Below are positions 57,621 to 64,000 of a DNA stretch of 64,000 bases, one piece after another. Position numbers and translations under genes: made by a program. The notes under the pieces are model-generated. The model had not been told where the DNA came from, ran no database searches, and was given only the letters and a program-made list of their open reading frames with translations. The stretch comes from an uncultured virus (IMG/VR IMGVR_UViG_3300020195_000012) (taxonomy: Duplodnaviria > Heunggongvirae > Uroviricota > Caudoviricetes), in the IMG/VR virus record IMGVR_UViG_3300020195_000012. One strand, given 5' to 3'. Numbering within the stretch: position 1 is the stretch's first letter; each line of letters starts with the position of its first letter.

Positions 57621-58910
57621 ATGAAATCACATGAAGGTATGTTAATAGAAAAATACGGGTACAGATTCAAGGAATTCATTTGCTTCAAAGAAGGCAAAGA
57701 AAATCTTGAACAACCCCACATTATCAGTTCTGATTCACCCATGAAGCTACCTGCTGGAATCACTCGCATCATCGAGGCGTTCAAAAAAAGCAAAGAAGTG
57801 CCAATTGGAAAGGAAGTCGATTCCAAGTCAGGAGGTGAAAAGGACGTCACCCTCAAGTCAAAGAAAATCTTCATCGTAGGCGAGGCTGTACGTGACTTCC
57901 TGCTCGGACACACACCAAGAACCTACGATATCGCTACAGATGCTCACCCAGATGAAGTCGAACGCATCATCAAACACGCCAAACCACCCATCCAAGTTGT
58001 CAAAAAAGATAGCAAAAATGGCGTCGTCAAAGTGTCTATTGATGGCGAAACTTATAACATCGAAACCATGAAACTACCAGGCGACGACGAAGGAAATATA
58101 ACTTTTACAACCAACCCAAAAGAAGATAGCGAACGTAAAGACGTAACAATAAACTCACTGTACTACGAACCATCCAGTAATAAGATTTACGACTATACAG
58201 GCGGGCTACGACACCTGAAAGATGGAACCATCAAAATGATCGGCAAAGCCAAAGACCGAATCAAGAAAGATGGAATGAGTAAATTCCGCTACGCAAGAAT
58301 GCTCAACAAAGTCCCTAATGCAAAAATGCACGACGACGACAAAGAAGCAATGTCAGACGAAATAGATTCAGAATTGCCACCAGAAAAAATCCGAGACGAG
58401 TTCTGGCAGGGCATGGAAGACCTGCATACCAACGCAGCCAAATACCTGAAAACCTATAATGAAATGGGTCTGCTCAAACAAGTATTCCCAGGACTAGAAT
58501 TGACCTTGGACTTCCCAGAATGCAAAACTTGTAAATCCAAGCCACTCGTTCTTGCAAGCCTGCTCAAGAATAACAAGCCAGTCAAATTGGTTGAGAAATT
58601 ACGTGATCTCAAATACACAGACCGTGACATTAGAGATGCAGTGTTCTTAATCAATCTGTTACTGTTCAAGCCAGACTACATCTCAGACTTCAAAACTGAA
58701 ATGACCAAGACAAGTCTAACCAAGCGACAAATAATGGATTGGGCTAAGATCAATAACTTGGACACGAACATGATTGAAAAATTCTTGACACACCAAATTA
58801 GCACTGACCCCATGGATGTGCATGGAAGAGAAGGACTTGTCGGAAATGATCTAAAGGACCGAGTTCGTAGAATGGAAGCAATGGCATTTATGAAAGCTAT
58901 GCGGACCTGA
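57621..58910 (+). CDS. CCA-adding/poly(A) polymerase class II nucleotidyltransferase homologue with degenerate motifs
   Basis: FIVGEAVRDFLLGHTPRTYDIATDAHP, EDSERKDVTINSL..DYTGG, EKIRDEF. Confidence 0.85.
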   Translation: MKSHEGMLIEKYGYRFKEFICFKEGKENLEQPHIISSDSPMKLPAGITRIIEAFKKSKEVPIGKEVDSKSGGEKDVTLKSKKIFIVGEAVRDFLLGHTPRTYDIATDAHPDEVERIIKHAKPPIQVVKKDSKNGVVKVSIDGETYNIETMKLPGDDEGNITFTTNPKEDSERKDVTINSLYYEPSSNKIYDYTGGLRHLKDGTIKMIGKAKDRIKKDGMSKFRYARMLNKVPNAKMHDDDKEAMSDEIDSELPPEKIRDEFWQGMEDLHTNAAKYLKTYNEMGLLKQVFPGLELTLDFPECKTCKSKPLVLASLLKNNKPVKLVEKLRDLKYTDRDIRDAVFLINLLLFKPDYISDFKTEMTKTSLTKRQIMDWAKINNLDTNMIEKFLTHQISTDPMDVHGREGLVGNDLKDRVRRMEAMAFMKAMRT

Positions 58911-59124
58911 TATAATTACCAGAACACCAAACGAGAAACCTGTGAGTATTTTCTTTACTCGCAGGTTTTATTTTTTTGCAATCCGAAACTCCGTAAACAC
59001 CAGTAATAATGTTTAAATTGTCTGCAATCATTACTCTAGTCGTGATTAAATTCTTTTGATTTGTTGTAATATCGATTATCCTTCCAAGACAATTAAGATA
59101 TTCAACAATATCTCCAACCTTCAT
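58897..59124 (-). CDS. Hypothetical protein
   Basis: MKVGDIVEY start; GGAG RBS. Confidence 0.6.
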   Translation of the reverse strand: MKVGDIVEYLNCLGRIIDITTNQKNLITTRVMIADNLNIITGVYGVSDCKKIKPASKENTHRFLVWCSGNYIRSA

Positions 59125-59125
59125 G

Positions 59126-59443
59126 TCAGACTCCAGGTCGATTCTTTATCTTTTCATGCCACAAAGCAACATCTGCCCTTACATCAGCATTCCAAGACTT
59201 CCACGACATCAAATGACCAAATGTGTAATGACAACGATTGTGATTACAAAGCGTAATCAAATTATTAGGATCAAGTTCTTTTTCTGGATGAATGTGAAAT
59301 GGCTCGATATGATGAACGTTTAAATCTTCAACTCCATCACATATCACACAGTTAGGTTCTTTCTTGAGATGTTCTTGTTGAACTTTTCTCCAGCCTGGGG
59401 AACGTGGCGAACCGAAAAAATACTCTATAAATCTAGCTAGCAT
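59126..59443 (-). CDS. HNH endonuclease
   Basis: CVIC..VHHIEP..NLITLC..CH. Confidence 0.9.
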   Translation of the reverse strand: MLARFIEYFFGSPRSPGWRKVQQEHLKKEPNCVICDGVEDLNVHHIEPFHIHPEKELDPNNLITLCNHNRCHYTFGHLMSWKSWNADVRADVALWHEKIKNRPGV

Positions 59444-59448
59444 AAAGA

Positions 59449-59664
59449 TTATATACGATTTGCAGCCAGCATATACTCGTGAATTTCTTCAGACGTTGGC
59501 TTGAAACAATACTCTTCTAACCACCAACTGCCATTGACTTTACATCTCATTCCAGCGTCATACCAACAAATATCTTCAACCTTACCAACACGTCGTCTAG
59601 TCTTCCATCCAATTCTATTAGCGTCAGGGACAGAATACAAAACAACAACAAGTTCGCCAATCAT
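59449..59664 (-). CDS. Small hypothetical protein, paralogue of 59661-59879
   Basis: LVVV..SVP..GW..RRRVGKVEDICW..W..EEYCFKPTSEEIHEY. Confidence 0.7.
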   Translation of the reverse strand: MIGELVVVLYSVPDANRIGWKTRRRVGKVEDICWYDAGMRCKVNGSWWLEEYCFKPTSEEIHEYMLAANRI

Positions 59665-59879
59665 ATATTGTTTTTCCCCAACTTGTATGCGTGGATTTCT
59701 TCTCGTGTTGGATCAAAACAAAATTCCTCTGGAAGCCAAAAACTTGATTCTAAAAAATAGGATGCTTGGTCTCCAATTCCCCACGCGATGTCCGTCACTC
59801 TACAAACACGTCGTTTTATTTCAAATCCAGACTTAGTGGGAACAGATTCTTTGATAACAACAAGTTGAGTAATTTCCAT
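59661..59879 (-). CDS. Small hypothetical protein, paralogue of 59449-59664
   Basis: LVVI..SVP..GF..KRRVCRVTDIAW..W..EEFCFDPTREEIHAY. Confidence 0.7.
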   Translation of the reverse strand: MEITQLVVIKESVPTKSGFEIKRRVCRVTDIAWGIGDQASYFLESSFWLPEEFCFDPTREEIHAYKLGKNNI

Positions 59880-59881
59880 GT

Positions 59882-60463
59882 TCAGCTCTCCAAGCCAATA
59901 TAGACTGGAACTCCATCCTCAATTAATGTCATACTGGCATTCGTGATTGTCATTGGCTCACGCCTGCCACCAAAGCACATTTGCCTAACCATATGCGTAA
60001 TTGGAGTCATGTGACTCACAATGAAATAGTTCTTGTCCTTCTCTAATGAGGCAATAAAATCATTGATTCTGGTTCCGTAATCAGCATCAGACTCGTCATC
60101 GTAGTTGATGGTATTTTTGTTGCCAAACATGCTCCAATCAAATAACGTATATTCACATGCCTTCTTGATAATCTCTGTTGATTGATGTTTGTGTACTGGT
60201 TCGGGGCTTTCGCCAATTCTTGTGTCAACACGAAACTTGACTCCGTTCATCGTCCAGAACTTGTAGGCAGTCTGCAAGCAACGATTGTACGGACTCACAA
60301 TCCCAATGAAACTTTCAGGTTTTGCACCGATCTTCTCTCGACCCGCCAACGCCAAACGATGCGCTTGATCTTTACCACGCGGACTAAGATCGCTGTTAAA
60401 TTGTTCGGTGCTGCCAGCATTGAACTGACTTTGCGCATGCCGAACGAAGAAGATTTTTCCCAT
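59882..60463 (-). CDS. Histidine phosphatase (phosphoglycerate mutase family)
   Basis: FVRHAQS, LSPRGKDQA, VSPYNRCLQTA, IVSH, NAS. Confidence 0.88.
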   Translation of the reverse strand: MGKIFFVRHAQSQFNAGSTEQFNSDLSPRGKDQAHRLALAGREKIGAKPESFIGIVSPYNRCLQTAYKFWTMNGVKFRVDTRIGESPEPVHKHQSTEIIKKACEYTLFDWSMFGNKNTINYDDESDADYGTRINDFIASLEKDKNYFIVSHMTPITHMVRQMCFGGRREPMTITNASMTLIEDGVPVYIGLES

Positions 60464-60472
60464 TGCGTTCCC

Positions 60473-60970
60473 TTATGATAAAAGACTATACGTTCTTTTT
60501 AATTCTTGCCATTCTTGATATCCGAACTCTTGTACTGCCACGTGTTCATCATGTCCATCGAAGTCAGTTGGACTAATGGTACATTTGAATCTTGGGTACA
60601 ATTTCTCTAATCTACGTAGTTCTTTCAACTTTTGACTGAATTGAAAATCTGAAATTGGTTTGAGACCTACAATTTGACAAATATATCTCAACCTAATAAT
60701 GTCTTTTGCCAGGTTTCGGATTGAGTCGTGGATGACGGATTCTCGCGTAGATGAGCCTCTACGCCACGCCATATAATCTTTAACAGGAGGTTCATGTTCG
60801 CCCCAAATCCAAACCAATTGTTCTTCGATGCAATACTGGATGGAGTATTGCATTCGAGCGAATCTGTCTGCTACCCATCTGTGAAATTCCCCAATCTTGT
60901 AGCTAAATAAAATCAACAAAATCAAAAAGAACGGGGAACAACAACAAAACAATGCAAACACTGCCTCCAT
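60473..60970 (-). CDS. Membrane-anchored protein with a LigA domain-Ia-like C-terminus
   Basis: N-terminal TM helix; PISDFQFSQKLKELRRLEKLYP..SPT resembles LigA PxISDAEYDxLxxELxxLExxHP..SPT. Confidence 0.55.
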   Translation of the reverse strand: MEAVFALFCCCSPFFLILLILFSYKIGEFHRWVADRFARMQYSIQYCIEEQLVWIWGEHEPPVKDYMAWRRGSSTRESVIHDSIRNLAKDIIRLRYICQIVGLKPISDFQFSQKLKELRRLEKLYPRFKCTISPTDFDGHDEHVAVQEFGYQEWQELKRTYSLLS

Positions 60971-60996
60971 GACGTTTCTCCCGTCTGGATTCTACT

Positions 60997-61560
60997 TTAG
61001 TGCGAAAAAGCATCAATGCGAACTTTACTCTCTCTCGTACTTTCCATTAGTTGTTTGACATTTTCCGCACAAAAACCAAACTCTTCACGTTCTATGAATT
61101 CGTATATCATGCCAGTCAGCCTATGAGGTTTACTGAATACCTGCTTCAAACCTGGACACGTCATTATATCCTTAGTGGTGAAATCTCCATAGCCCTTTTC
61201 CGTCCACTCTGCCATTTTTTTAGCAACAGAATCCACTTGGTACGCAATATGATGAGCGCCACCAATCCCATTGCGAGCCTCAACCCAATCAAAAACTATT
61301 GATCCAATCGTTCCTTCACTAACAAATATCTCAGGAGCAAGATGATATTCAAGTCGGTCATCTACATGATAAACCCACGGCATGTCCTTATCGAGTTTCT
61401 CTGGCGGCTCTAACGCCATGCATAAGGCTTTATCCGTCTTCTCGTCATTGAAGAAGATTTCAAACTCGGCTTGAATTTTGTATCCAAACGCATCCACAAA
61501 GAACTTGACTGCATCATCACGGTTTTTTACTCTGTAGGCGACGTGATCAATTCTTGACAT
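60997..61560 (-). CDS. VOC/glyoxalase superfamily protein
   Basis: RIDHVAYRV, EIFVSE, GGAHHIAYQV, QVFSKP..YEFIER. Confidence 0.85.
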   Translation of the reverse strand: MSRIDHVAYRVKNRDDAVKFFVDAFGYKIQAEFEIFFNDEKTDKALCMALEPPEKLDKDMPWVYHVDDRLEYHLAPEIFVSEGTIGSIVFDWVEARNGIGGAHHIAYQVDSVAKKMAEWTEKGYGDFTTKDIMTCPGLKQVFSKPHRLTGMIYEFIEREEFGFCAENVKQLMESTRESKVRIDAFSH

Positions 61561-61960
61561 TATTTATCTCCATTCCACACTGACTTTTCAATTGGACAAT
61601 TTCGTCTTCAACCCAATCTGTTAATACTCTGCTTTTATAGCTGTAAACCAAACATAATTCATCCATAGTTTCTCGACCTGGATTGGCAACATAATCCCAC
61701 TCAACTCCATAAAATTTATGTTTCGTATGAATATGCTGATTAATTATTGAAATAACTCCATCTTGTATCGCTGAAAGGTTATTTCGAGTATTGAACATTT
61801 TTTCTGAATTAAAATGATCTACATTTTTAATCCACACAAACAAATAATTATGATCAATCAACATTTTAGAGATCGGTACTCGCCACGAAACATTCGTATT
61901 GTAAATTTTATTAATTTCTGCGTCACGCGAATTAAAGACGCGCATATACGTTTCTAGCAT
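61547..61960 (-). CDS. Hypothetical protein
   Basis: 137 aa, translationally coupled. Confidence 0.6.
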   Translation of the reverse strand: MLETYMRVFNSRDAEINKIYNTNVSWRVPISKMLIDHNYLFVWIKNVDHFNSEKMFNTRNNLSAIQDGVISIINQHIHTKHKFYGVEWDYVANPGRETMDELCLVYSYKSRVLTDWVEDEIVQLKSQCGMEINNVKN

Positions 61961-62310
61961 TATAACTCAAAATATTGTGTTTTAACTCTTGCACGGTAAC
62001 GGAATCCAATTTGTTTAATATACATTAATGCTCCAGACTTATCACCACTCAGGTCCGAACACTCAACGCCATAATAAATATGTGTACTTAAATGCTTGTG
62101 ATCCAAATACAACTTCAATTCCAATATACCATTAAACATATTAACAATTGCATTTCTAATGTCAATATTATTATTAAAAGATTTATGATCTTTTAATAAT
62201 AATTGCAGTCTTCCATTAAATGGAGATATATCAAAGATAACGTCAACGGGAGGGCAAATAATCAACCCGTTGACGTCTTTGCAAGTAAACCACACGTCAA
62301 GTTTTTTCAT
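61960..62310 (-). CDS. Hypothetical protein
   Basis: 116 aa, translationally coupled. Confidence 0.6.
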   Translation of the reverse strand: MKKLDVWFTCKDVNGLIICPPVDVIFDISPFNGRLQLLLKDHKSFNNNIDIRNAIVNMFNGILELKLYLDHKHLSTHIYYGVECSDLSGDKSGALMYIKQIGFRYRARVKTQYFEL

Positions 62311-62738
62311 CGCTTTTTCCGTTCCGCTCGTTGCTGCTTCTTCCTTGCCTCTGCTCGTTCTTTTGGATTCAGGCGAACAATACCCTTTGCCTTACACATC
62401 TTTTGAAAATCATTCTGCATCTCTATAACTTCACCTTCAGTTCCAATATACATCTTGGGCGATACTCCCTTGATCCACATAAAGAACGTACCAATCTTGC
62501 CCTTGTCCGTGTCATAGAAATGCGACGCGGCAACATTCTTAACTCCATCAACTCTTGGCTTGCCTTTAGCCATCATCTCGGCAGAATTCTTGGCGAACTC
62601 TTCCAACTGTTCTTTGGAAAACAACGCTGATACTGTGTCTGTAGCAGCGACATCCGAATAAACAGCATCTTTTTTTTGTTCCGACAAATGTGGACCTTTT
62701 GTGTCCACAACAGCATTGTCAATTACTTCAGTAACCAT
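62307..62738 (-). CDS. Hypothetical protein
   Basis: 143 aa, basic C-terminus. Confidence 0.65.
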   Translation of the reverse strand: MVTEVIDNAVVDTKGPHLSEQKKDAVYSDVAATDTVSALFSKEQLEEFAKNSAEMMAKGKPRVDGVKNVAASHFYDTDKGKIGTFFMWIKGVSPKMYIGTEGEVIEMQNDFQKMCKAKGIVRLNPKERAEARKKQQRAERKKR

Positions 62739-64000
62739 TTTTTGTCAAACTCCCGTGGGATTCCAAAATAAAACCTTTGATACTTTTGTTTCATGTCCTT
62801 GTACCAATCGGACTCTAAAATATAACTCAAATAAGCAAACACATCACTGTACGGACGACCTGTCTCTTTCCAATAAAGTTTAAACTCGTCCGTCAAGTTG
62901 TTTTCAACTCCATCTACGGGAACAGTTCTATTCGCAGATGGACTACAATTACGATTCACGTCATAGTCGGTGAACCCATGATAGTCCAAACAACCTTTAC
63001 TTGGGTTGCCTGGAAAGTAGAAAGACCGGCATGGATTCGGATTCAACTGGTACACGAAACTTGCTTTTTTCAATGCTTCGTGTCGAAAATAGAACCGAAT
63101 CTCATGACGGTGCTGGATTGGTTTGTAAAAGTTATCACATTGAAAATCTTTGGTGTCAACCCGTCGCCTAATCTCTTCAACATAACGACTAACCACTTCC
63201 AGTTTATTAATATCACCCTTCTTCAACGCCCTCAAATGCGGTTCACCCTGATAGGACAAACCTTCCATTACCCCAACTTGACCAGAGAACAACCTTATCA
63301 ATCTTTCCTTGAAATGCTCTCTTGGCTCACATTTCACCGACAACAAAACACTCTCGCACGGAACACTTCCCAAGTAAGTTTTCTTGAATATGGATTGAAA
63401 AGGAATCAAGTCCTCGTCAACTCCATAAAACGAATCTAAGTTAGATTCAATCCCATCCCACAAAAACTTATCCGAACGTGTTCCATCTACAACAAAATGA
63501 ACGTAACACAGGTCGGTTGTCACACCAAAAAAATCCTGTCCAATGTCATTCACTGATACAAGTCTAACATTGTTTTTCAGAAATCCCGTAAACGTCTTGT
63601 ACGAACGAGAATTGTTCTGGAATATTGTCTTCGGCAAAATGTAGTAAATGTGACCACTAACATTATTCTTCAAAATCAAATCAATGCTTTTGATAATGAA
63701 AAATACTGCTTCTTCTCGTATTCCTGTTACGCCATACTTCTCACACATCTTGCGAAGGTATGGCTTACGATTGAAAACCACATCATCGCCCAGTGAACAA
63801 GCTGGGGTGCGATAAGGTGGGTTTCCTATAAACGTTATATCGTTACCAACCAGTAAATCAAAATCATAGAAATTCAGATTAGCAACCTGTTCTCCTACGT
63901 ACTCAAGCTCTTCATCTAACTCAATTCCCAAGATAATGGTATTTGGCGATTTTGCTCTGATCTTGTCTAAGAAAACACCTTTGCCGCAACTCGGTTCAAT
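62723..64000 (-). CDS. DNA adenine methyltransferase-like protein, 5' end outside the window
   Basis: Frame is open to the window edge: IEPSCGKGVFL..LGIELD..FIGNPPY. Confidence 0.85.
   Translation of the reverse strand: MEPSCGKGVFLDKIRAKSPNTIILGIELDEELEYVGEQVANLNFYDFDLLVGNDITFIGNPPYRTPACSLGDDVVFNRKPYLRKMCEKYGVTGIREEAVFFIIKSIDLILKNNVSGHIYYILPKTIFQNNSRSYKTFTGFLKNNVRLVSVNDIGQDFFGVTTDLCYVHFVVDGTRSDKFLWDGIESNLDSFYGVDEDLIPFQSIFKKTYLGSVPCESVLLSVKCEPREHFKERLIRLFSGQVGVMEGLSYQGEPHLRALKKGDINKLEVVSRYVEEIRRRVDTKDFQCDNFYKPIQHRHEIRFYFRHEALKKASFVYQLNPNPCRSFYFPGNPSKGCLDYHGFTDYDVNRNCSPSANRTVPVDGVENNLTDEFKLYWKETGRPYSDVFAYLSYILESDWYKDMKQKYQRFYFGIPREFDKKWLLK

Noticed and set aside
1..64000. Alternative genetic code (stop-codon reassignment)
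   Set aside because: Known genes are full length in code 11 and end in TAA, TAG and TGA.

Overview
The window is part of a large dsDNA phage genome with a T4-like contractile tail (jumbo/huge phage type). It reads normally in genetic code 11 and shows no core cellular genes, rRNA, tRNA or CRISPR array. 1-27 kb is mostly replication and nucleotide metabolism: class II RNR, Rad50/Mre11, UvsW-like helicase, a truncated N-terminal half of DnaE, pyrC, folA, thyA and DNA MTases. It also holds a complete, GC-richer PrkA(YeaG)-YeaH-SpoVR operon, a TnpA-less RHH-TnpB element inserted at TTAC inside a small gene, and a catalytically altered LAGLIDADG gene head-to-head with a ~240-nt highly structured non-coding region. 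27-58 kb is the tail module: three paralogous PKD proteins (one with 32 tandem 11-aa repeats), glycosyltransferase-like genes, baseplate gp6/gp25/gp5/gp53-like genes, a gp2-like end protector and a 2434-aa tape measure. After these come a motif-degenerate CCA-adding-enzyme homologue and small accessory genes. Recurring themes are a CTA(A/T/G)ATA-N5-ATG putative leaderless late promoter, T4-like capsid-targeting N-termini, and several enzyme folds that have lost catalytic residues. All calls come from motif recognition by eye; no database searches were run.
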